Part shown: one piece after another, positions 1 to 8,374 of the stretch
Position numbering within the stretch: the first letter of the stretch is position 1
How the letters are laid out: the number at the start of each line of letters is the position of its first letter
Source of the DNA: an uncultured Chloroflexia bacterium
GTDB lineage: Bacteria; Chloroflexota; Limnocylindria; Limnocylindrales; CSP1-4
Assembly: GCA_963828165.1 (NCBI GenBank)
Contig: CAWHDR010000001.1
Location: forward strand, 320,001 to 384,000
DNA length: 64,000 bases
Direction of reading: 5' to 3'
Translations under genes and position numbers: made by a program
Notes under the pieces: model-generated
The model's input: only the letters and a program-made list of their open reading frames with translations
Told to the model about the DNA's origin: nothing
Database searches by the model: none

Positions 1-657
1 CGCGTCGATGGCGTCGACCGGCTGCCCGAGTTGCTCGATTCGCACGCCGAGCAGTTCGCCGATGAATTCCGCCTTCCGGTCGACATGATCCGCACCATCG
101 GCGCGATCCCGTCCTACTACCTGCGCTACTACTTCCTCACCCGGACGGTGCTCGAGGAGCAACGCGCTGGCCACACTCGAGCTCGGGACGTCATGGACAT
201 CGAGGCCCGCCTCCTCGAGCTCTACCGGGACCAGTCCCTTGCCGAGAAGCCGGCCCTCCTGGCCGACCGCGGCGGCGCCTTCTATAGCGAGGCGGCCGCC
301 CAGCTCATCGCATCGCTCCACGACGGTGCGGGCGACGTCCAGGTCGTGGACGCCCGCAACGACGGGGCGATGCCGGACCTGCCGGCCTCCGCGGTGGTCG
401 AGGTCCCTGCGCGCATCGATCGGGATGGCGCGCATCCGCTCCCGCTGGCGCCACTCGCCCCGGAGCAGCGCGGCCTGGTCCAGGCCGTGAAGGCGTACGA
501 GGAGTTGACCGTGGCCGCAGCGCGGTCCGGCGACCGGACGCTGGCCGTCCGGGCGCTCGGCGCGAACCCGCTGGTCGGGCCCGAGGTGGCTCGCCCACTG
601 CTCGAAGCCATGCTCGACGCAGACCGGGAGCACCTGGACCGGTTCGCGCCGGTCTGA
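1..657 (+). CDS. Glycoside hydrolase family 4 (6-phospho-beta-glucosidase-like), C-terminal part; 5' end outside window
   Basis: Frame open from base 1. GH4 C-terminal motifs IPSYYLRYY, RGGAFYSEAA, N.GA.PDLP..AVVEVPA, VKAYEELTV.AA, ANPLV. Confidence 0.88.
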   Translation, partial: RVDGVDRLPELLDSHAEQFADEFRLPVDMIRTIGAIPSYYLRYYFLTRTVLEEQRAGHTRARDVMDIEARLLELYRDQSLAEKPALLADRGGAFYSEAAAQLIASLHDGAGDVQVVDARNDGAMPDLPASAVVEVPARIDRDGAHPLPLAPLAPEQRGLVQAVKAYEELTVAAARSGDRTLAVRALGANPLVGPEVARPLLEAMLDADREHLDRFAPV

Positions 658-747
658 GGCGGGAGGTCCGTCGCGACACGCGCGTGCAATGCCGCGGCGG
701 GCGTCGTGAGCCGCGTGATCCGACCCGATGCGGCATGCTTGCGCGCG

Positions 748-3591
748 ATGTCCGATCCCTATCGATCCCAGGCCTACCAGATCGACGATGCGCGACCGCC
801 CAGCCGGACCACCGCCGGCTGGATCGCGATCATCGTGTTCGCGTTCCTGGCCGCGGTCGGCATCCTGGGTGCGGTCGCGGCACTGTCGGTGTACGGCTCC
901 CTCGCGAAGGACCTCAAGGATCCGGCGGAGCTGACCCAGTACACCTTGCCGGAGGAGACCGTCCTCCTCGACCGCACCGGGGAGGTCGAGCTGGCCCGCT
1001 TCGGCGAGTTCAAGCGCGATGTCGTGGCGTTCGAGGACATCCCGCCGCTCGTGCTCGACGCCACGACTGCGATCGAGGACAAGACGTTCTGGGAGAACGC
1101 GGGCTTCGACCCGCTGGCCATCATCGCCGCCGGCCTCGACTCGTTGCGTGGCAACAGCCGCGGTGCCTCGACCATCACCCAGCAGCTCGTCCGTGCGCGC
1201 CTGCTCGAGCGCGACCTGCTCCAGGACGAGGACCGGACCTTCGAGCGCAAGCTCAAGGAGATCATCCAGTCCATCCGGGTGACGCAATACTTCGGCGAGC
1301 AGGGCGACGACGGCAAGCAGCAGATCATCGAGGCCTATCTCAACCAGATCTATTACGGCAACCAGAGCTATGGCGTGAAGGCCGCGGCTCGCTCGTATTT
1401 CGGCAAGGAGCTGGCCGACCTGACGCCGGGTGAGGCGGCGACCCTCGCCGGGCTCCCCAAGTCGCCGTCCAACTACGACCTGGTACGCAATGCCAACGAG
1501 AGCTGCGACAGCGAGCCGGAGGAGGACCAACCGTGTCCCGCGGCCGACAGCCACCTCATCGTCCCGCCCGACACCGTCATCCTCCAGCGCCGGGACCAGA
1601 TCCTCGAGCTCATGGCGGACGACCGGACCCCGATGTCGAAGGACCAGTACAGCGACGCCGAGCTGACCGCGGACGTCGGGAAGGAGATGGAGCTCGCGCG
1701 GCAGACGGCGCCCCGCTGGCAGGCCCCGCATTTCGTATGGGCCGTGCGCGACGAGCTGACCATCAAGCTGTGTGGCGAGGACACCCCGTCGTGCGACGAG
1801 CTCGACAACGGCGGCCTGCGTGTGACCACGACCGTGGACCTCGACCTCCAGAAGATCGCCGAGAAGTGGGTCAAGGGCGCGACGATCGTCCCCCACCGCG
1901 GGAGCAACCGGCGGGAGGCTGCCGCCAAGGCCCTCGGCTTCGAGGACTACGAGCCCTGGATGCGCAACCTCGAGGACAAGAACGTTCGGAACGGCGCCCT
2001 GGTCGCGGTCGACTACGAGACCGGCGAGCTCGTCGCCTACGTCGGGTCGGCCGAGTACTACGCGACGCAGAGCCGTCCCGAGTTCCAGCCGCAGTACGAC
2101 GTGGTCGGCCAGGGCTTCCGGCAGCCGGGCTCGGCCTTCAAGCCGTTCAACTACGTCGTCGGCATCGACGACGGGACCATGACCGCGGGCGACATGTTCA
2201 TGGACGTCGGCACCGATTTCGGGGGCGGCTATACCCCGAACGACGCGGACAACCTCGAGCGTGGCCCCGTGCGCCTGCGGAACGCGCTGCAGTTCTCCCT
2301 GAACATCCCGTCCGTGAAGGCCATGGCCCTCAACACCCCGGAACACATGTTCGCCCGGGCAAAGGACTTCGGCATGACCTTCCAGAGCGAGACCACCGAT
2401 GCCGGGCTGGCCCTCGCGCTGGGCGTGGCTGAGACCCGACCGGTCGACCTGGCGTCCGCGTACGGCACCTTGGGGAACGGCGGCCGGCGCATCCCGCCCA
2501 CGACGATCCTGGCGATCAAGAACCGCGCGGGCGAGGACGTCGTCGATCCCTACACGCCGCCGGAAGGCACCCAGGTGGTCAGCCCCCAGGCGGCCTGGAT
2601 CGTCACCGACATCCTGGCCGGCAACACCAACCCTCGCGTGAACCCCTTCTGGGGCGAATTCGCCATCGAGGGTCCGGGCGGCGACCGCCGGCCGGCGACG
2701 CTCAAGACCGGGACGAACAACGACGCCAAGGACCTCAACGCGTACGGCTACATCGCCCCGCCAACCGAGGCGGGTCGGGCGGATGGCGCCTACGCGCTCG
2801 CGGTGGGAGCGTGGAACGGCAACAGCGACAACACGGCCGTCGGCGAGGTCTTCTCGATCGATGTCTCGACCTTCGTGTGGCAGGGATTCGTGCAGGAAGC
2901 CAGCGCCGAGTGGGAGATCACGAACTTCGAGCGCCCAGCCGAAGGCCTGACCCAGGTCGCGATCGACCCGTTCACCGGCCTGTTGCCCGGCGCCGGCAGC
3001 GAGGGCGTCGAGGAGTGGTTCATCGGCGACAGTGCGCCCGATGCCCGTGTCGAGGGCGACACGTGCGGCGAGCGGGTGCTGGCCGTCGCCGGTCACGAGG
3101 ACGAGTTCGACAACTGGATGGACGCGAACCGCGACTGGATCGGGCGCGCCGAGCGGGGGCCGGGCACGAGGGGCGGGCCCGAGAACACGAGGACCGCATA
3201 CTTCTACAACAGCCAGTTCAATCCCTACGGCCGGACCTGGGGCGTCATCGTCGAGGGAGACGGCTGCGGTTCGCCCAGCCCGTCCCCGAGCTGTTTCATC
3301 GTCCCCACGCCTGACCCGAGCGGCGTGGTCCCGTCGTTCGCGCTGCCGTCGCCCACGGGCGATGAGGCGGTCGCGCAGCCGTGCCCGACGGTGGCCCCGT
3401 CCGCGAGCCCGTCGCTCGAGCCGAGTGCGACGCCAGAACCATCGCTTGAGCCGACGCCGGAACCGACGCCCGAGCCGACGCCGGAGCCCACACCCGAGCC
3501 GACACCGGAACCGACGCCGGAGCCCACACCTCCGCCGTCGTCGGCTCCTGAGCCGTCAGTCGCGCCGGCCGACGCCTCGACGTCTCCCTGA
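748..3591 (+). CDS. Class A penicillin-binding protein (transglycosylase + transpeptidase) with Pro/Glu-rich tail
   Basis: N-terminal TM helix. GT51 motifs EDKTFW, GASTITQQL, RKLKE, YLNQIYYG. Transpeptidase motifs SxxK (GSAFK), SxN (SLN), KTGT. ATG 748 preferred over GTG 706. Confidence 0.93.
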   Translation: MSDPYRSQAYQIDDARPPSRTTAGWIAIIVFAFLAAVGILGAVAALSVYGSLAKDLKDPAELTQYTLPEETVLLDRTGEVELARFGEFKRDVVAFEDIPPLVLDATTAIEDKTFWENAGFDPLAIIAAGLDSLRGNSRGASTITQQLVRARLLERDLLQDEDRTFERKLKEIIQSIRVTQYFGEQGDDGKQQIIEAYLNQIYYGNQSYGVKAAARSYFGKELADLTPGEAATLAGLPKSPSNYDLVRNANESCDSEPEEDQPCPAADSHLIVPPDTVILQRRDQILELMADDRTPMSKDQYSDAELTADVGKEMELARQTAPRWQAPHFVWAVRDELTIKLCGEDTPSCDELDNGGLRVTTTVDLDLQKIAEKWVKGATIVPHRGSNRREAAAKALGFEDYEPWMRNLEDKNVRNGALVAVDYETGELVAYVGSAEYYATQSRPEFQPQYDVVGQGFRQPGSAFKPFNYVVGIDDGTMTAGDMFMDVGTDFGGGYTPNDADNLERGPVRLRNALQFSLNIPSVKAMALNTPEHMFARAKDFGMTFQSETTDAGLALALGVAETRPVDLASAYGTLGNGGRRIPPTTILAIKNRAGEDVVDPYTPPEGTQVVSPQAAWIVTDILAGNTNPRVNPFWGEFAIEGPGGDRRPATLKTGTNNDAKDLNAYGYIAPPTEAGRADGAYALAVGAWNGNSDNTAVGEVFSIDVSTFVWQGFVQEASAEWEITNFERPAEGLTQVAIDPFTGLLPGAGSEGVEEWFIGDSAPDARVEGDTCGERVLAVAGHEDEFDNWMDANRDWIGRAERGPGTRGGPENTRTAYFYNSQFNPYGRTWGVIVEGDGCGSPSPSPSCFIVPTPDPSGVVPSFALPSPTGDEAVAQPCPTVAPSASPSLEPSATPEPSLEPTPEPTPEPTPEPTPEPTPEPTPEPTPPPSSAPEPSVAPADASTSP
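3448..3531 (+). repeat. Coding 12-bp tandem repeat, (EPTP)x7, in PBP tail
   Basis: GAR-CCN-ACN-CCN units read directly in the sequence. Confidence 0.9.
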
Positions 3592-4406
3592 CCCCGCCTT
3601 CCCTGCCCGGCGCCGCGCCCGCGATCATCGAGTTGCGGGGCGTCTCGGTTCGCCGGGCGGGCCGCACGATCCTCGGCCCGCTCGACTGGACCGTGCGCGA
3701 CGGCGAGCGCTGGGCCGTCCTCGGGCCGAACGGCAGCGGCAAGACGACCCTGCTGTCGGTCGCGTCGATGAACCTGTGGCCCACGACCGGCACCGTCGAG
3801 GTGCTCGGGGAGCGCTATGGCCGAACGGACGCGCGCGAGCTTCGGCGTCGCGTCGGGTTCGCCGGAAGCGCCATCGAGGCGGCCATGCGACCCGACCTGA
3901 CCCCGACCACGCTGATCATGACCGCCCGTCACGGTGCGTTCGAGCCGTGGTGGCACGTCTACGACGACGCCGACCGTGATCGGGCGCGGGAACTCGGGGA
4001 GCGGATGGGACTGGCCGATCACCTCGACCAGGCGTTCGGGACGTTGTCCGCCGGCGAGCGCCGGCGCACCTCGATCGCCCGGGCACTCATGCCGGACCCG
4101 GACGTGCTCATCCTGGACGAGCCGATGGCCAGCCTCGACCTCGCAGCGCGGGAGCTGCTCATCGCAGACCTCGAGTCACTGGCGGAGGAGCCGCGGCTGC
4201 GCACCATGGTCCTCGTCTCGCACCATCTCGAGGAGATCCCAGTGGGGTTCGGGCAGGCGCTCGTGCTGCGCGAGGGCCGTGTGCTTGCCGCCGGCCGGAG
4301 TGAGGACGTCCTCACCGACGATGTCCTGAGCGAGGCCTTCTCGATGCCCCTCACCGTGGAGGGGCACGGCGGCCGGTGGACGGCCAGGATGCGACGCGAC
4401 CCGTGA
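3588..4406 (+). CDS. ABC transporter ATP-binding protein (ModF/iron-uptake-like, stand-alone)
   Basis: Walker A GPNGSGKTT, signature LSAGE, Walker B ILDEP, H-loop SHH. TTG 3633 falls inside the conserved IIELRGVSV strand, so the start is tentatively placed at in-frame CTG 3588, overlapping the PBP TGA. Confidence 0.85.
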   Translation: MTPPSLPGAAPAIIELRGVSVRRAGRTILGPLDWTVRDGERWAVLGPNGSGKTTLLSVASMNLWPTTGTVEVLGERYGRTDARELRRRVGFAGSAIEAAMRPDLTPTTLIMTARHGAFEPWWHVYDDADRDRARELGERMGLADHLDQAFGTLSAGERRRTSIARALMPDPDVLILDEPMASLDLAARELLIADLESLAEEPRLRTMVLVSHHLEEIPVGFGQALVLREGRVLAAGRSEDVLTDDVLSEAFSMPLTVEGHGGRWTARMRRDP

Positions 4407-4469
4407 CCGACGCGTGGCCGAGGCGGGGCTCGACACGCGAATGTCACGAGTCCGGTGCACCATGACGCC

Positions 4470-6050
4470 GTGAGCACCTCCGCATCAGCCCTCAGCTCGG
4501 TCGTTCCCGCGCGATCGTCGACGTCGCGGGTCGCCGCCGCCGCCGCCGGCGTGGCCGCCGCGGCCGTCGCCCTCGGAGCCTCGGAGTTGATCGCTGCCGT
4601 GCTGCCGGGCGCGACCTCCCTTGTCGCGGCGATCGGCCAGGTCGTCATCGACCTGCAACCGGCGGGCGCCAAGGACCTGGTCGTGGCGCTCTTCGGGACC
4701 AACGACAAGGTGGCCCTCGAGATCGTCGTGGTCCTCGCGTCGCTGGCGTTCGGTGCTGGCCTCGGCATCGTCGCCGCGCGTCGCTTCGTCGTCGCGGCTG
4801 CGGGCTTTGTCGCATTCGGCGTGCTCGGCTTCGCGGCCGCCCTCGGTAACCCGCTGGCCAACGGGGCCTCCGTTGCGGCCCAGGCCACGGTGGCGGTCGG
4901 GCTCGGCATCCAGACCCTGTCGTGGCTGCTCGCACGGGCACCGCTGGCGGTCGCGGATGCGGTAGGGGTACGCGCATCGTCGGACCCGGCACGCCGCTCA
5001 TTCCTGTTGCGGACCGGCGCCGTCAGCCTGTCCGCCCTCGTGGTGGGTCTCGGCGGCCGCAGCCTGCTCGCTGGTTCGCGGACGGCGCCGATCACGGTGG
5101 GGGAGCTGCCGGTCCCCTCGGAGACCGTGCCGCCCATCGCCGCCGGGGCCGACCTTGCGCCGGCGACGCCCGGCCTGACCCCGATCGTCGTTCCGAATCA
5201 GGATTTCTATCGCATCGACACTGCCCTCCTCGTCCCGAGCGTGGACATCGCGACCTGGACGCTGCGCATCCACGGCCTCGTCGAGCGTGAGACGACGCTG
5301 ACCTGGGACGAGCTGCTGGCCCTGCCCATGTTCGAGCAGTACGTGACGATCGCCTGCGTCAGCAACGAGGTCGGGGGCGGGCTGGTCGGGAACGCGAAAT
5401 GGACGGGGGTCCGGTTGCGCGACGTGCTCGAGATCGCCGGAGTCTCGTCGTCGGCGGACCAGCTGGTGGGCCGGTCGGTGGACGGATTCACGGCGGGCAT
5501 GCCGACCGCCTGGGTCATGGACCCGGCCCGCGAGCCCATGATCGCCGTCCAGATGAACGATGAGCCCCTGCCGCCGGCGCACGGCTACCCCGCGCGGCTC
5601 ATCGTCCCCGGCCTGTACGGCTACGTATCGGCGACGAAGTGGCTCGCCGAGCTCGAGCTGACCACCCTCGAGGGGTTCGACGGGTACTGGGTCCCGCTCG
5701 GCTGGTCCAAGCTCGCGCCGATCCTGACCCAGTCGCGGATCGACACGCCGCGCGGCGGATCGGTCGCGGCAGGCCGTGTGCCGATCGCCGGAATCGCCTG
5801 GGCACCGGATCGCGGCGTCAGCAAGGTCGAGGTCGCGATCGACGGGGAGTGGCACGACGCGGAGCTCTCGGCTCCGATCTCGGACACGACCTGGGTCCAG
5901 TGGGTCGTGGCCTGGGACGCGACGCCGGGTCAGCACACGGTCAGTGTCCGCGCGACCGATGGGACCGGCGCGGTCCAGGAAGAGCGGTCGTCGCGGCCCG
6001 CGCCGGACGGCGCTCGTGGCTGGCACACGGTCTCGATCTCGGTCTCCTGA
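4470..6050 (+). CDS. Membrane-anchored molybdopterin-dependent oxidoreductase (sulfite oxidase family)
   Basis: Polytopic hydrophobic N-terminus, internal RRSFL, Mo-ligand Cys in IACVSNEVGG, NAKWTGV.L, HGYPARLIVPGLYG, KWL, C-terminal Ig-like dimerisation domain (VRATD). Confidence 0.9.
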   Translation: MSTSASALSSVVPARSSTSRVAAAAAGVAAAAVALGASELIAAVLPGATSLVAAIGQVVIDLQPAGAKDLVVALFGTNDKVALEIVVVLASLAFGAGLGIVAARRFVVAAAGFVAFGVLGFAAALGNPLANGASVAAQATVAVGLGIQTLSWLLARAPLAVADAVGVRASSDPARRSFLLRTGAVSLSALVVGLGGRSLLAGSRTAPITVGELPVPSETVPPIAAGADLAPATPGLTPIVVPNQDFYRIDTALLVPSVDIATWTLRIHGLVERETTLTWDELLALPMFEQYVTIACVSNEVGGGLVGNAKWTGVRLRDVLEIAGVSSSADQLVGRSVDGFTAGMPTAWVMDPAREPMIAVQMNDEPLPPAHGYPARLIVPGLYGYVSATKWLAELELTTLEGFDGYWVPLGWSKLAPILTQSRIDTPRGGSVAAGRVPIAGIAWAPDRGVSKVEVAIDGEWHDAELSAPISDTTWVQWVVAWDATPGQHTVSVRATDGTGAVQEERSSRPAPDGARGWHTVSISVS

Positions 6051-6102
6051 CCGGAGCGAAGCCCCCAGCGGCCACCGGCGAGAATCGGTATAAAGTCCAG
6101 AC

Positions 6103-6684
6103 ATGCCGCGCCGCCGCTACATCTTCGACCCGCCCGAGCGCTTCGTGGCCGGCACGATCGGTGACCCCGGCAATCGGACGTTCTTCCTGCAGGCGCGCGA
6201 CGGTGGCCGGGTGGTCTCGGTCGCGCTCGAGAAGGTCCAGGTCGCGGTCCTCGCGGAGCGACTCGACGATCTGCTGGGCGAGCTCGATCGCCGTGGCGTG
6301 CCCCACGGCGTCCCGGACGAGGTCCTCGCGGATGCGGCCATCGGTCTCGACGATGACGTCTCGGCCCTGGACGAGCCGCTCGTGGAGGCGTTCCGTGCCG
6401 GTTCCCTGACGCTCGGCTGGGACCCGGACGCCGAGCGCGTGCTCCTGGAGGCGCGTGCCCAGGACGAGGAGGGCGAGGCCATCGATCCCGATGACGACGA
6501 CGACGAGGACGAGGACGGGCCGGACCTGCTGCGGGTGCGCCTGACCGCGGCAGCGGCCCGCTCATTCGTGGCCCGGGCCGCCCGGGTCGTGGCGGGCGGC
6601 CGCCCGCCCTGCCCGCTGTGTGGAGCTCCGCTCGATCCGCGCGGTCACATCTGCCCGCGCCGGAACGGCCACTACGTCAACTAG
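6103..6684 (+). CDS. DUF3090 family protein
   Basis: FDPPERFVAGTIGDPGNRTFFLQA, LEK.QV..LA, C-terminal GRPPCPLCG.PLDP.GHICPR.NGH zinc knuckle. TAAAGT -10 at 6091-6096. Confidence 0.9.
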   Translation: MPRRRYIFDPPERFVAGTIGDPGNRTFFLQARDGGRVVSVALEKVQVAVLAERLDDLLGELDRRGVPHGVPDEVLADAAIGLDDDVSALDEPLVEAFRAGSLTLGWDPDAERVLLEARAQDEEGEAIDPDDDDDEDEDGPDLLRVRLTAAAARSFVARAARVVAGGRPPCPLCGAPLDPRGHICPRRNGHYVN

Positions 6685-6728
6685 CGGCTTCGTCCGCGCC
6701 CTGCTCGCAAGCCGGTTCCTCGGCGTCG

Positions 6729-6734
6729 TACACT
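6729..6734 (+). promoter_or_regulatory. Putative -10 element (TACACT) driving the structured leader and BtrH-like gene
   Basis: TANNNT hexamer 6 nt before the first hairpin, the same spacing seen at leaderless starts in this window. Confidence 0.5.
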
Positions 6735-6740
6735 GGCGAC

Positions 6741-6902
6741 GGCGCGTTCCCGCGCCCGACTGCCAGACCGAGCCCCCACGCGGCGCGGCGAAGCGGCAGT
6801 AAAGGGGATCCGGATCCTCGGGAGAACCGGTCGACCATCCGACCGGCCGACGACGTGGCGGTGTGGGCGCGTGCGTCGACGGCCGTGACGGAGAACTGAC
6901 CG
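6741..6902 (+). ncRNA. Candidate structured 5' leader / cis-regulatory RNA (~160 nt)
   Basis: Consecutive stems: GGCGCG/CGCGCC (6741-6756), ACTGCC/GGCAGT (6759-6800), GGGGAT/ATCCTC (6804-6819), CCGGTCG/CGACCGG (6827-6846). SD-like GGAGAA at 6890-6895. Confidence 0.5.
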
Positions 6903-8258
6903 ATGACCACCGACAAGGCCTTCAAGCGGGTCGTGCGTGCGCGCATGGCCAAGACCGGCGAGCGATACGCCGCCGCCCGACGCACGTTGGTCGAGGGCGC
7001 CACAGACGGACGACACGCGCAGGCGACGGCCGACGCCGCCACCGCATCTGGCTATCGGCTGCGCGGCGGCCTGCACCCGGAGACGGCCACGCTGGCCAAC
7101 GTCCTGGCGAATCAGGATGTCGTCTCGGGCGTGACCGGCGAGCCCTTGACCGAGGCCGCGATCCTCGGCATCGGCGGCGGCCTGGGCGCCGGCTACATCC
7201 TCTGGGAGTTCAAGAGCCACGGCGGGCCGATCCTCACCCTCGGATTCCGGAACCAGTGGCAATACCCGTCGATCCCCGGCTGGACGGGCAAGACGCTCGA
7301 CCGGCTCGGCATCGAGCCCGACCTGCACGAGACCGGCGGGACGAAGCGTGCTCGCGAGGCGCTCGATGCGCGCCTGCACGCCGGCGTCCCTGTCATCGCC
7401 TCTGTCGATCTCCAGTCGGTCGGGACCTGGGGCCAGCCCCCCGCGATGTCGGGGGTCTTCGGTCTCGTCGTCGTCGTCTTCGGACGTGACGCGGATGGCT
7501 CGTACCTCGTTGACGACCGTGGCCAGAGCCCGTTCCGGGTACCACCCGCGACGATGGCGGCAGCACGCGGGCGGATCGGCTCGTTCAAGCACCGGATCGT
7601 CGGGCTGCGAACGACGCCCGGACCGATCCCGGCCGAACGGCTTCGCGCAGCGCTGCGCGCGGGGCTCGAGGACCAGGTGGATCACCTGCGATCCCCATCC
7701 GACTCGTTCTCCCTTCCGGCCTGGCGCAAGTGGGCCCGGCTGATGACCGACGCTCGGAACGCGAAGGCGTGGCCGCGGGTCTTCGCCGACGGCCGGGGCC
7801 TGTTCGGCTCGCTGTCGGCCCTTCACGAGAGCGTTGACGGCGGAGTCGGGCCGTGGGGTGGGCACTTGCGAGAGCTGTATGCCGCATCGCTTGACGAGGC
7901 GGCCATCGCGCTCGACAACCCCGCGCTCGGCGACGCGGCGCGGGCATGGCGGGGCGTCGCCGACCAGTGGGAGGAGCTGGCCGACGCGGCGGTACCACCC
8001 GATCTCGATGGCGCTGCCGATGCGGTCGAGGCCGTAGAGGCGCTTCATGAGGCGGTCATGGCCGGCGAACCGGGTCGTTCGCGTGTGAGCGCCGCCGCGG
8101 AGACCGTGTCGGCGATCCGGGATCGCTACGCCGACGCCTTCCCCCTTCCACCGGACCGCGTCCCGGCGATCCTCGAGGATCTCGGCGAGCGGCTCGGCGC
8201 GATCTACGGGGCAGAGGTCGACGCGCTCGACACGACCGCTCGGGCCATCGGCAGGTAA
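6903..8258 (+). CDS. BtrH N-terminal (papain/C39-like) + DUF4872-like protein with extra basic N-terminal helix; catalytic residues appear lost
   Basis: LTEA.ILGIGGGLG.GY, G.PVI..VD, VVVVFG.D, GGHLR.LYA..L.EA resemble the BtrH_N/DUF4872 family. HPET and FGLVVVV stand where HCE and GH..V are expected. Confidence 0.7.
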   Translation: MTTDKAFKRVVRARMAKTGERYAAARRTLVEGATDGRHAQATADAATASGYRLRGGLHPETATLANVLANQDVVSGVTGEPLTEAAILGIGGGLGAGYILWEFKSHGGPILTLGFRNQWQYPSIPGWTGKTLDRLGIEPDLHETGGTKRAREALDARLHAGVPVIASVDLQSVGTWGQPPAMSGVFGLVVVVFGRDADGSYLVDDRGQSPFRVPPATMAAARGRIGSFKHRIVGLRTTPGPIPAERLRAALRAGLEDQVDHLRSPSDSFSLPAWRKWARLMTDARNAKAWPRVFADGRGLFGSLSALHESVDGGVGPWGGHLRELYAASLDEAAIALDNPALGDAARAWRGVADQWEELADAAVPPDLDGAADAVEAVEALHEAVMAGEPGRSRVSAAAETVSAIRDRYADAFPLPPDRVPAILEDLGERLGAIYGAEVDALDTTARAIGR

Positions 8259-8374
8259 AGGGCGCCTCCGCCGCGCGATCGGCATCGATGGGTAGACTCC
8301 CTGCATGACCCGGTCGCGCGGCGCAACCACGCACAACGCCCCCGACGTCGGCTAGTCCGGTCGAGCCGATCAGC

